Positions 30,530-40,434 of a DNA stretch of 64,000 nucleotides are shown piece after piece. The translations under genes and the position numbers were made by a program. Every line of letters begins with the position of its first letter. The stretch's first letter is position 1. The notes beneath the pieces are model-generated. The model ran no database searches. It was not told the origin of the DNA and saw nothing but the letters and a program-made list of their open reading frames with translations. Source of the stretch: an uncultured Phycisphaerales bacterium (GTDB lineage: Bacteria; Planctomycetota; Phycisphaerae; Tepidisphaerales; Tepidisphaeraceae); NCBI GenBank assembly GCA_963844715.1, contig CAWJPJ010000004.1, forward strand, positions 64,001-128,000, written 5' to 3'.

Positions 30530-31284
30530 CTAGCTGGGGGCGGAGTTTTTGGATTCTTTTTTGAAGGGTTTCCTCGGCGCGGCGGCCCTGGTCGATTTTT
30601 TGCAGGACGCCGCCGAGGAGGCCGCCGTCGAGTGGGCTCCAGGGGATGACGCCTACGCCGTAGGCTCGGGCGGCGGGGAGGACTTCCAATTCCACGGTGC
30701 GGCAGGCGAGGCTGTATTTGCTTTGCTCGCTGACGAGTCCCAGGAAATTGCGGTGTCGGGCGGTCTCGCAAGCGGTGGCGATGTGCCAGCCGGCGAAATT
30801 GCTGCTGCCGACGTAGAGGATTTTTCCTTGCTGGACGAGGAGTTCCATGGCTTGCCAGATTTCGTCCCATGGGGTTTGGCGGGAGATGTGGTGCATTTGA
30901 TAGAGGTCGATGTAGTCGATCTTCAGGCGGCGGAGGCTGTCGTCGCAGCAGCGGCGGATTTTGGCGGCGCTGAGGCCTCGGGCCATGTTTATGTCGCCGG
31001 GGAGGACGGACATGTCGGCGAATAGCTTGGTGGCGAGAACGGTTCGCTCGCGGCGGTGGCCGCCTTGGGAGAACCAGTTTCCCAGAATCTGTTCGGTGAC
31101 GCCTTTGCCTTTTTGGCGGCCGTAGACGTCGGCGGTGTCGAAGAAATTGATGCCGAGATCGAGGGCCTTGTCCATGATGGCGTGGGATTCGGATTCGGGG
31201 GTGAAGGGGCCGAAGTTCATTGTGCCGAGGCAGAGGTGGGAGACTTTTAAGCCGGTGCGGCCTAGGGTGGTGTATTGCATGGAA

Positions 31285-31338
31285 AAATCCGAATGACGAA
31301 ATCCGAATGACGAATCAATGCTCGAATGACTGAATGAC
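31285..31338 (+). repeat. GAATGAC-core short tandem repeats immediately upstream of the AKR start
   Basis: AAATCCGAATGACG x2 plus GAATGAC x2. Confidence 0.75.
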
Positions 31339-31353
31339 CGAAAGGATGCGCGC

Positions 31354-31572
31354 TCACAACTCGTCAGGGGATTTTCGGACCGTTTTGCCGCGGCGATTGG
31401 CTAGGCGGGCCTTGGCGGCTAGTTTTTCCAAAGAGTTCTGGGAGCTTGCCAGGGTTTTGTCCCATTTCAGTTCGCCGTCAATATCCTCGAGCAATTGGTC
31501 CGCCAATTCGTCCTGGGCGGGCTTGGACAAGTGTGCGGCTTTCGCAAAGGCTTTTTCAAGGGATGCGGTCAT
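31354..31572 (-). CDS. Small hypothetical protein resembling a type II antitoxin
   Basis: MTASLEKAFAKAAHLS...QDELADQLLEDIDGELKWDKTLASSQ..LEKLA pattern; no toxin adjacent. Confidence 0.6.
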   Translation of the reverse strand: MTASLEKAFAKAAHLSKPAQDELADQLLEDIDGELKWDKTLASSQNSLEKLAAKARLANRRGKTVRKSPDEL

Positions 31573-31664
31573 GGGTGACTCCGAGGCCAATCCTACGCCG
31601 TTGTGCCAGGTCGATCAATCTTATTTGTGGCGTAGCAATTGGCGCGGGAGGTAAAATCCCGAAT

Positions 31665-32228
31665 GTGAACTCTTTTCGATCTCGGTTGCTTGATGGTCTG
31701 GCGGTGATTTCATTGTTGCTGTGTGGGGCGATGATCGCGGGTTGGATCGTCGGCGCAATTCATCCTTTTACGTTGCGATTAATATCGAGGCGGGAGCGCA
31801 CGGTTTTTGCGGGATTCGACGGGCGGATATTTGAAATTGCCGGGCAGGGTGTGAAGGTTTCGATTGGATCGAATTTATATGGAACCGACACGGGGACACT
31901 CGGTGAATTTTGGACGACGTACCATGGAAAGCGCAAGGGAGGAATCACATTTTTTCCGGCATATTATTTTGACGGGTGGCTGGGTTTCGGGCGGGGATGG
32001 TTTACAACTCAAGATTTATGGGAGGCTCCGGGGTCGTCATCTGTATATAAGTCACGAGTGACTTTTTATGCGCTCACTGCGCCAAATGGCGCGATAATAG
32101 CTGTATTGGGCATTTTGCCAGCATTGCGATGGTGGGCATGGCGCCGACGAGTACGGCGAAGTCGGGTCGGGTTATGTCGGAATTGCGGGTATGATTTGCG
32201 AGCTACGCCGGAGAGGTGCCCGGAATGA
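31665..32228 (+). CDS. Membrane protein with C-terminal zinc-ribbon motif (GLCRNCGYDLRATPERCPE), typical of Phycisphaerae
   Basis: N-terminal TM, C-terminal TM plus Arg-rich patch plus CxxCGYDLRATP.RCPE; ends at TGA where the last Cys is expected. Confidence 0.75.
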   Translation: MNSFRSRLLDGLAVISLLLCGAMIAGWIVGAIHPFTLRLISRRERTVFAGFDGRIFEIAGQGVKVSIGSNLYGTDTGTLGEFWTTYHGKRKGGITFFPAYYFDGWLGFGRGWFTTQDLWEAPGSSSVYKSRVTFYALTAPNGAIIAVLGILPALRWWAWRRRVRRSRVGLCRNCGYDLRATPERCPE

Positions 32229-32327
32229 GGGGTGATTGTTTCTAAGGCACCCGACGGATAGCTATCCGTCGGCTTTCTCAGGCGCGATATCGAATTTCCC
32301 AATTCCTCATATAATCGGTTGCTTCAA

Positions 32328-33521
32328 ATGGCGCAAGTTACTTTGCAAAATATCAGTAAGGTCTTTCCCGGCGGGGTGCGGGCTGTGGATGGGATTGATT
32401 TGTTGATTGCCGATCGGGAGTTCGTCGTCCTGGTTGGGCCTTCGGGGTGTGGGAAGAGTACGACTTTGCGCATGATTGCGGGGTTGGAGGAAATCTCATC
32501 CGGGATTATTCGCATTGGGGAGCGCGTGGTTAATGATGTTCCTCCGAAGGATCGGGACATTGCCATGGTGTTTCAGAACTATGCGCTTTATCCGCATATG
32601 ACGGTTTACAAAAATATGGCGTTTGGGCTGAAGCTTAGGGGGATGCCTAAGGCTCAGATCAAACAGCGAGTGGGGGAGGCGGCTAAAATATTGGAGATTG
32701 AGCATTTGCTGGGGCGGAAGCCTAAGGAGCTATCGGGGGGGCAGCGGCAGAGGGTGGCGGTGGGGCGGGCGATTGTTCGGGAGCCGGCGGCATTTTTGTT
32801 TGATGAGCCGCTTTCTAATCTGGACGCCAAATTGAGGGTGACTACCCGGGCCGAACTTAAACGGCTGCATCAGCGGCTGCGGACGACGACGATCTATGTT
32901 ACGCACGACCAGGAGGAGGCGATGACGCTGGGGGACCGGATTGTGATTATGAAGGACGGGCGGATTCAGCAGGCGGATGCGCCTTTGCGAACGTATCAAT
33001 CGCCGGCGAACCGATTTGTGGCGGGATTTATCGGCACGCCGCCCATGAATTTCTTTGACGGGACGGTCCGAGGCGGTTCGCGGGGCCTAGAGTTTGTGGA
33101 GGGGAGGGGGGGTGGCGAGTTGACCTTGGCGGACAATGGGTTTACGCTTAGTCTGGAGTATCTGTCGACGGAAGCGCAAAAACGGCTCTCGTCGAAGGCC
33201 GGCAGCCACTTGGTGTTAGGCGTCCGTCCGGAACATTTGAAAATGTCCGGGACGGATGGTTTGCCGTTTTATGCTGCTGTGAAGGTTCGATTGAATGTCG
33301 TCGAGCCTTTGGGAAGTGAAATGGATGTGCACATGAGCACGGTTTTGCATGATCACGTGGTAGGGCGAATCGAAGCCCAGGCGGGCGTGCAGGCCGGGAC
33401 CGAAGCGACGGTGTTCGTCGATCTTCGGAAAGTGCACATGTTTGAACCCGGAGAGACCGGGATGAACCTGAGCCTGGAGACTCTGTCTCCCAGCAGCGAG
33501 CCGTCTCATGCAATTGCTTAA
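32328..33521 (+). CDS. Carbohydrate ABC transporter ATP-binding protein (MalK/MsmX/UgpC family)
   Basis: GPSGCGKST, VFQNYALYPH, LSGGQRQR, FDEPLSNLD, YVTHDQ, TOBE domain. Confidence 0.95.
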   Translation: MAQVTLQNISKVFPGGVRAVDGIDLLIADREFVVLVGPSGCGKSTTLRMIAGLEEISSGIIRIGERVVNDVPPKDRDIAMVFQNYALYPHMTVYKNMAFGLKLRGMPKAQIKQRVGEAAKILEIEHLLGRKPKELSGGQRQRVAVGRAIVREPAAFLFDEPLSNLDAKLRVTTRAELKRLHQRLRTTTIYVTHDQEEAMTLGDRIVIMKDGRIQQADAPLRTYQSPANRFVAGFIGTPPMNFFDGTVRGGSRGLEFVEGRGGGELTLADNGFTLSLEYLSTEAQKRLSSKAGSHLVLGVRPEHLKMSGTDGLPFYAAVKVRLNVVEPLGSEMDVHMSTVLHDHVVGRIEAQAGVQAGTEATVFVDLRKVHMFEPGETGMNLSLETLSPSSEPSHAIA

Positions 33522-33618
33522 GCAGATGCATGGACCGAGTTTCGCAGCAGCGCGTGCGGCGCGGATCCGGAGGAGTGCCGGATAACCGCAAAACGCACGG
33601 GCTAGGGTGTCGTCTTCG

Positions 33619-33646
33619 GGCCGCCGGAATTCGGACGGCCTTTTTT
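33619..33646 (+). terminator. Intrinsic terminator/attenuator hairpin upstream of nusA
   Basis: GGCCG...CGGCC stem followed by TTTTTT. Confidence 0.65.
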
Positions 33647-33691
33647 ATTTAATGGAGTTTTGGTCCACACAACTGAATAGCGAGAGGAACC

Positions 33692-35206
33692 ATGAATTCG
33701 CAGGAACTGGTCCGCATCGTAGATGGGATCGCCCGAGACAAGAACATCGAGCGCGATCAGATATATAACGATATCGAGCAAGCCGTGGCTTCCGGTCTGC
33801 GCAAGCAGTTCAACACGGAGGACGCGAGCGAATTCGTCGTCAAGCTGGACCGCCAGAGCGGGGTGATCTCGGCCGTGCGGCAGGGCGTGGAAGTGCCGCT
33901 GTCCGTGGTCGGACGCATCGGGGCGCAGACCGTCAAGCAGGTCATGATCCAGCTTATCCGCCAGGACGAGCGGGGGAGCATTTACGAGGAATACAAGGAC
34001 CGCGTTGGAACGATTATCACCGGCACGGTTGCGCGGTTTGAGAAAGACACGATGATTGTGACGTTGCTTCGCAACGTTGAAGGGATCATGCCGCGGAGCG
34101 AGCAGATCCCGGGCGAAGTGCATCAGGTTGGGGAGCGCGTGCAGGCGCTGATTTTGGAAGTGCGCGATACGCCTAGCGCGGTGAAGATTATTTTGAGCCG
34201 CAGCCACCCGGAGCTGATCCGGCGGCTGTTTGAGCGTGAAGTACCGGAAGTGGGGGAGCGGACGATCGAGATCAAGGCGCTGGCTCGCGAGCCGGGACAT
34301 CGGACGAAGATCGCGGTGTCGTCGATCGATACGAAAGTCGATGCGGTCGGGGCGTGCGTCGGTGTGCGCGGGAGTCGCATTAAGAATATTGTCGACGAAC
34401 TGGGCGGGGAAAAGATCGATATCGTGCGGTGGAACGAGTCGAGCCAGATTTTGATCAGCAATGCGCTCAAGCCCGCCGAGGTGGCGGAAGTGGCGCTTTG
34501 CTTTGAGCTGGGGCGGGCGACGGTGGTTGTCAACGAGGATCAGCTTTCGCTGGCGATCGGGAAGCGCGGGCAGAACGTTCGGCTGGCGGCGCGTCTGACC
34601 GGGTGGGACATTGATATTCTTACGCCGACGGAATTCCAGAAGGGCACGCAGCGGCTGGAAGCGACTCTCAAGAGCGTTGAGGGAGTCACGAAGGAAATGG
34701 TGGACAAAGTTATCGTGCTTGGCTTGATCGACGTGCGGGATTTGGAGGAAGTCGGGACGGGCCCGCTGATGGAAGAGCTGGGTCTGGACGAAGCGACGGC
34801 GGCGAAAGTCGTGGAGCGATGCGCGGAAGAGGCGAAGATTGTCGCCACGGAACAAGAGGCGAAGAAAGCCGCGGACGCGTCGGCCAAGGCGGCGGAGAGT
34901 TCGGCGCGAGCGGCGGACAAGGCGGCATTGCTGGCGCTGGCGGAAGGGCCGGCGGTGGAGGGGACGGCGCAAACTCTGCCAGGGGCTTTGGAAGCGACGG
35001 CGGGGGCGGCGCCGGAGGTTACGGTTCACAGCGAGACATCGTCGAACAATGGCGAGGAGCTTGCTCCCGAGGAAGCTGCCATTCAGGGGCTTGGGTCGGA
35101 AGGATCCGAGCAGTCGAAGGCTCCGCCGGATGAGACGGAGACAGAGGCTTTGGCCGAGGGGCGCACGGCGCCCCCGGAGTCTGAGTCTGAAACGGAAAAG
35201 TTGTAA
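33692..35206 (+). CDS. nusA: Transcription termination factor NusA
   Basis: GRIGAQTVKQV, S1 domain, AREPGHRTKIAV, GACVGVRGSRI, SLAIGKRGQNVRLAARLTGW. Confidence 0.97.
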   Translation: MNSQELVRIVDGIARDKNIERDQIYNDIEQAVASGLRKQFNTEDASEFVVKLDRQSGVISAVRQGVEVPLSVVGRIGAQTVKQVMIQLIRQDERGSIYEEYKDRVGTIITGTVARFEKDTMIVTLLRNVEGIMPRSEQIPGEVHQVGERVQALILEVRDTPSAVKIILSRSHPELIRRLFEREVPEVGERTIEIKALAREPGHRTKIAVSSIDTKVDAVGACVGVRGSRIKNIVDELGGEKIDIVRWNESSQILISNALKPAEVAEVALCFELGRATVVVNEDQLSLAIGKRGQNVRLAARLTGWDIDILTPTEFQKGTQRLEATLKSVEGVTKEMVDKVIVLGLIDVRDLEEVGTGPLMEELGLDEATAAKVVERCAEEAKIVATEQEAKKAADASAKAAESSARAADKAALLALAEGPAVEGTAQTLPGALEATAGAAPEVTVHSETSSNNGEELAPEEAAIQGLGSEGSEQSKAPPDETETEALAEGRTAPPESESETEKL

Positions 35207-35224
35207 GTTTTTTTGGAGACGGTT

Positions 35225-38020
35225 TTGGCAAAGGGAATTCGAGTCAATCTGTTGGCCAAGGAATTGGGCGTCGAGTCGAAGGCGATCCTTCAGAAACTGA
35301 AGGAGGAAGGCCTGTCGGATGTGGCGCCCAATCACATGAGCACTCTGTCGATTGGTTTGGCGGAATCGGTGCGCGAATGGTTCAGCCAGGGGAACATGGG
35401 GGGCGGGACGGCGGTTGAAACCGCGCCGCATGTTGAAGTGGCGACCAAGTCGAAGGCCACGCGGACGAAGAAGAAGAAAGAGACGACGGAGGACGAAGCG
35501 CCTGGCGCGGAGGTGACGACAACGGTGGTTGAGGCGCCGCCTCCGCCTCCGCCGGTAATTGAAGTGCCGGTTGCGCCGCCTCCGCCGGCGCCGGTGATTG
35601 TCGCGCCGCCTGTGGCGCCAGCACCACCGCCGGCTCCGGTGAGTTCGCCGGCACCCGTGGTGATTCCCGTCGCCAAGGCGCCGCAAGCGCCGGCGAGCGG
35701 GGCGCAAGCGGCGGCACGGCCGCGCCGTCGATCGGATCAGACCACATTCGGCCGCCGCGCCCGACGGTTACGCTTGCCAGCCGCGGCATGGCGCCGCCGG
35801 CCGCGGAACGAAAACCCGTGGCGCAGGCTCCGCAGCTCACGACGCTGCAACCGGCGAAAATTCAGGGGCCGCGCGTGGTGCGCATTGAAAAGGAAGAAGT
35901 GGTTCAGGCTCGCGGTCCGCGTCCGCGGCCGGGGACCGCGGGACCCTCGGACTCGACGGTACCGCCTCCGGCGGGACCGGCGCGGGTCGCGGCGTCAAAA
36001 CGACCGAAGAGGACGACGAGGAGACGAAGAAGAAGACGGCAGGCAACAAGAAGAGTCTATCGACGCGCCGGCGCGGGGTGGACGGGCGGCGCGGGGAGGC
36101 GATGGAGAAGATCAAGGAGTTTACGGACGCCGACCTGATCGCCCGGCGCGACGCTTTGAATGCCGCCGCGAGTTCCCGAAATGTATTTGATAGCCATCTT
36201 CGACAGGTGGAGAAGCGTGGCACGCACACTCAGGCCAAATCCATCACGCAGCGAGGCGAGCCGGTCGAAATCGAGGAACCCATCACGGTGCGCAGCCTGT
36301 CGGCGGCGCTGGGCGTGAAGAGCGGGGAGATCATCTCCAAGCTGATGAAGCAGGGGGTTTTCGCGACGGTGAATCAGTCCTTGGAGAAGGACGCCGCGGG
36401 CGCGATCGCCCTGGAATATGGCATCGAACTGAAAATCGCGGTTCAGGCGACGCTGGAGGAAGAGTTGTTGAAGGAAATTGAAGCTCGGCGGGCCGAGAGC
36501 ACGAACCTGGTGCTGCGCCCGCCGGTGGTGACGATTCTCGGACACGTGGACCACGGCAAGACATCATTGCTGGACAAAATTCGCAACGCACATGTCGCAG
36601 CTGGCGAAGCGGGCGGGATCACGCAGCATACCGCGGCGTGGATGGTTCAGCTTGGCGAGAAGCGGGTCACGTTCATCGATACGCCGGGGCACCAGGCGTT
36701 TACGGCCATGCGTGCCCGCGGGGCGAACATGACGGATGTGGTGGTGCTGGTGGTGTCGGCGGCGGAAGGCGTGCAGCCGCAAACGATCGAATCGATCAAT
36801 CACGCTCGGGCGGCGGGAGTTCCGATCGTGGTGGCGATGAACAAGATCGATCGGTCGGACGCGAATCCCGAGATGGTGCTGGGGCAGCTGGCCGCTCAGG
36901 GACTCAATCCCATCGAGTATGGCGGCGAGACGGAAGTGGTCCGGACCAGCGCCACGACGGGGCAGGGTGTTCCGGAACTGATCGAAATTCTGGATCTGCA
37001 GAGCCAGATCATGGAATTGAAGGCCGATCTGGACGCTCCGGCGCGGGTCGGTGATTGAAAGCCGCGTGGACGAAGGGATGGGCCCGGTCGCGACGGTATT
37101 GATCCAGGACGGCACGCTGAAGGTCGGGGACATCGGGTTATCGGGCACCGGGTATGGACGCATCCGGAGCCTGGTGAATGATCGCGGGGAGAGCATCCCC
37201 GAGGCGGGGCCGAGCACGCCGGTGATCGTCAGCGGTCTGAGCAATCTGCCGATGGCGGGGGATAAATTCTTCGCGCTGGATGATGTGGATCGGGCCCGCT
37301 CGATCGCGGAAGAGCGGCTGACGCGCACCCGCGCGAGCGATCTGGCGTCGGGGAACAAGGTGACGCTGGAAACGCTGATGGACACGATGAAGGCGTCGGA
37401 CATCAAGACGATCAATCTGATCATCAAGGCCGACGTGCAGGGGTCGGTCGAAACGCTGACCAAGACGGTCACGGATTCCAATACGCAGGAAGTTCGCGTG
37501 CGGGTCATTCACAGCGCTGTCGGGCGCGATCAACGAGAGCGACGTTGAACTGGCGGACGCATCGAACGCGGTCATCATCGGGTTCCACGTGGTCCCGGAC
37601 GAGGCGTCGCGGCAAATGGCCGAGCAACGGCATGTCGAGATTCGGCTGTATCGGATCATTTACGAAATTTTCGACGATTTGAAGAAGGCGCTTTCGGGAT
37701 TGCTGGAGCCGGAGGTGCGCGAAAAGCTGCATGGGCACGCGGAAATTCGGAAGGTTTACAAGGTCTCGAGGATCGGAAACGTCGGCGGGTGCTTTGTCAC
37801 GGACGGACACATTCAGCGCGGCAGCAAGATCCGGCTGACGCGGGACGGGGCGGTGATTACGGAGGATTTGTCGCTGGAATCGCTTCGCCGGGAGAAGGAC
37901 GACGCCAAGGAGGTCAAGGCCGGGCTGGAATGCGGGATCAAGATCGCCGGGTACGACGACATCAAGGTCGGCGATATTTTGGAAGCGTATATCCGCGAAA
38001 CGTTCAAGAGAACTTTATAA
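35225..38020 (+). CDS. infB: Translation initiation factor IF-2 (several frameshifts, likely sequencing errors)
   Basis: [54 protein letters not shown]. Confidence 0.95.
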
Positions 38021-38023
38021 TGA

Positions 38024-38099
38024 GTTGCCAGTTGCCAGTTGCCAGTTGCCAGTAAAATGCCTGCCTTTTACTGGCAACTGGCAACTGGTAACTGACAAC
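38024..38099. repeat. Inverted heptamer hairpin (GTTGCCA)x4-GTAAAA...TTTTAC-(TGGCAAC)x4
   Basis: Read directly; fills the infB-DUF503 spacer. Confidence 0.92.
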
Positions 38100-38106
38100 T
38101 AATCAA

Positions 38107-38388
38107 ATGACTGTTGGCGTGTTGCAGATTGAGTTGTCGGTTACGGACGCCATGAGTTTGAAGGACAAGCGGCGGGTCATCAAGAGCATTAAGGACCGGA
38201 TCGCCAACGGACATAATGTGTCGATCGCGGAAGTGGGGGCGCAGGATGAGCATCGGCGATGCATCCTTGGCCTGGCGATGGTGGGAACGGATCGGCAATA
38301 TGTCGAGGGCGGACTGAGCAAGCTGGTCGATTTTGTGCGAATGACGCCTCAGGTTTCGCTTTTGGATTATCGAATCGAGTTGTTATGA
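38107..38388 (+). CDS. DUF503 (YlxP) protein
   Basis: SLKDKRRVIKSIKDRI...NVSIAEVG.QD; position between infB and rbfA. Confidence 0.92.
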   Translation: MTVGVLQIELSVTDAMSLKDKRRVIKSIKDRIANGHNVSIAEVGAQDEHRRCILGLAMVGTDRQYVEGGLSKLVDFVRMTPQVSLLDYRIELL

Positions 38389-38390
38389 AG

Positions 38391-38472
38391 GAAGAGACGA
38401 AGAGACGAAGAGACGGAGAGACGAAGTGGAATGCGCACATCGTCTCTGCGTCTTTTTGTCTCTTGGTCTCTT
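38391..38472. repeat. Inverted octamer hairpin (GAAGAGAC)x4 ... (GTCTCTT)-like arm
   Basis: Read directly; fills the DUF503-rbfA spacer. Confidence 0.85.
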
Positions 38473-38481
38473 GATGGAGCC

Positions 38482-38901
38482 ATGTCGCGCCGAACGGAAC
38501 GGGTCGCCAGCATCATTCAGCGTGAACTGGCGATGACGATAATTCGGGAGCTGAACGATCCGCGATTGACCGGGATGCCGAGCATTACGCGCGTGAAGGT
38601 AAGCCCCGACATGAGCGTCGCGGATGTGTTCGTCACCGTGATGGGCACCGACGGGCAGCAGAGCGCGGCGTTGAACGCGCTGAAGCATTCGGCGGGGCTG
38701 ATGCGGACGCGATTGACGGAGGCGCTGTCGATGCGGATTACGCCGTATTTGAAGTTTCATCTGGACGAAAACGCGAAGAAGGAAATCGCGATACTGGAAC
38801 TTTTGCGGAAGGCCGCCCTGGAGAACGAGGAACTTGACCGCGCCCGCGCCGCCCAGGCGGCCCCGAACTCCGGCACGGCGACTAACGAAACCAATCCATG
38901 A
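38482..38901 (+). CDS. rbfA: Ribosome-binding factor A
   Basis: RRTERVASIIQRELA, DPRL, ITRVKVSPDM, PYLKFHLD. Confidence 0.95.
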   Translation: MSRRTERVASIIQRELAMTIIRELNDPRLTGMPSITRVKVSPDMSVADVFVTVMGTDGQQSAALNALKHSAGLMRTRLTEALSMRITPYLKFHLDENAKKEIAILELLRKAALENEELDRARAAQAAPNSGTATNETNP

Positions 38902-39520
38902 AAAACGCCACCAAACACGCGGACGGAATCAAATCACTGTACAAGCGTCTTTTGCGCGACGGGAAACCGGAGCCGATGCAGCCGCTGGCTCCGCTGGACG
39001 CGCTGGTGCGCGGGGCGATGAGCTATGACGTGAGCGATTCCAGAGCCGAGGACGCCATGCGCGCCATCGGGAAGGAATTCGTCGATCTCAACGAATTGCG
39101 GGTCGCGACGGATCTGGAGATTCAGGAGCTTCTTGGGCAGCGGTATCCCGTCATCGAGCAGCGCGTGGCGATGATCACGCAGGCGCTGAACGATATTTTC
39201 GAGCGCGAGCACACGATGAGCCTGGACCGGCTGAAAACCATCAGCAAGCGCGAGGCGAGGCAATTTTTGCGGGAGCTGCCGGGGATTCACCCGTTTGTCG
39301 AGGCGTATATCATGCTCATGTCGATGGAGGGGCACGCGGTCCCGGTCGACGACGGAATTCTGGCGGTCCTGCGGGACGCGGAAATCGTCGAGGAGCAGAC
39401 GAGTCTCGAGGAAGCGCAGCGATTTTGGAGCATCATCTGAAAGCGGACGAGGCGTTTGAGTTTTTCGTGCTTATTCGCCGGGCGAGTCAGGACGCCAGCA
39501 AGAAAAAGAGCAAACCATGA
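38898..39520 (+). CDS. Conserved hypothetical protein, endonuclease III/HhH-like fold (frameshift near the 3' end)
   Basis: EFVDLNELRV, LRELPGI, GHAVPVD; overlaps the rbfA stop. Confidence 0.6.
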
Positions 39521-40410
39521 CGGATCGGCTTCCCAGCGATACGGTGCGACTGGGGCTTCCGAGCGGAAGCCTCCAGCAATCGACGCTCGAACTTTTCGGG
39601 CGAGCCGGGTTCAAGATCAGCGTCGCGGAGCGGAGCGTTTTTCCGCGGGTGGACGACGAGAAGCTCTCGGCGGTCTTTTTCCGGGCCCAGGAGATCAGCC
39701 GGTATGTCGTCGATAACATCATTGACTGCGGTTTGACGGGGTACGACTACATCGTTGAAAACGGGAACGAAAAGGACGTGGTGGAAATCTGCGAATTGAC
39801 TTATTCGCGGGCGACGGCGAATCCTTACCGGTGGGTTTTGGCCGTTCCGGAGGAAAGCCCGGTCAAGCGGGCGGAGGACCTGGCCGGCAAAATCGTCGCG
39901 ACGGAACTGGTCAACACGACGCGGCGGTATTTCGAATCGAAGAATATCAAGGTGACGGTCGAATTCTCGTGGGGGACGACGGAGATCAAGGCGCGGTTGC
40001 TGGACGCGATCGTCGAGGGGACGGAAACTGGCTCGTCGCTTCGGGCCAACAATCTTCGCATCGTCGATACGATTCTCACCAGCACGACGCGGTTCGTCGC
40101 GAATAAAAAGGCGTGGGAGATTCCCTGGAAGCGCGAGAAAATGGAAAACATCGCGATGCTTCTGCGCGGGGCGATCGAAGCGCGGGCGAAGGTGGGACTG
40201 AAGATGAACGTGCCGGAAGCGCGGCTGGCGGAGGTGGTTTCGTTCCTTCCTTCGGAGCGGAGCCCGACGGTGAGCAAGCTGGCGGAAGGCGGGTGGGTTG
40301 CCGTCGAGGTGATCCTCGATGATCGTCAGGAGCGGGAATTGATTCCGCGGTTGAAGCGCGCCGGGGCGACCGGGATTATCACTTACCCGCTCAACAAGGT
40401 CATTCCATAA
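39517..40410 (+). CDS. hisG: ATP phosphoribosyltransferase (long form)
   Basis: LGLPSGSL, RAQEI, DCGLTGYD, FSWGTTE, TETGSSLRANNL, C-terminal SPTVSKL. Confidence 0.95.
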   Translation: MTDRLPSDTVRLGLPSGSLQQSTLELFGRAGFKISVAERSVFPRVDDEKLSAVFFRAQEISRYVVDNIIDCGLTGYDYIVENGNEKDVVEICELTYSRATANPYRWVLAVPEESPVKRAEDLAGKIVATELVNTTRRYFESKNIKVTVEFSWGTTEIKARLLDAIVEGTETGSSLRANNLRIVDTILTSTTRFVANKKAWEIPWKREKMENIAMLLRGAIEARAKVGLKMNVPEARLAEVVSFLPSERSPTVSKLAEGGWVAVEVILDDRQERELIPRLKRAGATGIITYPLNKVIP

Positions 40411-40434
40411 GTAATCGGACTAAGGCACGGGCCA

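Larger units (their letters stand above)
29408..31280 (-). pseudogene. Aldo/keto reductase interrupted by an IS5-family element
   Basis: LGRTGLKVSHLCLGTMNFG, FDTADVYG, YIDLYQMH; removing the IS restores LRPQLEAWEA...PAITAPIIGPRT...APEAYAW. Confidence 0.92.

Noticed and set aside
33531..33666. SRP RNA or 6S RNA
   Set aside because: Lacks the SRP CAGG...GNRA...AGCAG core, and an internal terminator is inconsistent with 6S architecture
33602..35707. Long antisense ORFs (e.g. 701 aa opposite nusA/infB, 403 aa at 9040-10251)
   Set aside because: Shadow ORFs of high-GC coding or repeat DNA, Arg/Pro-rich with no motifs
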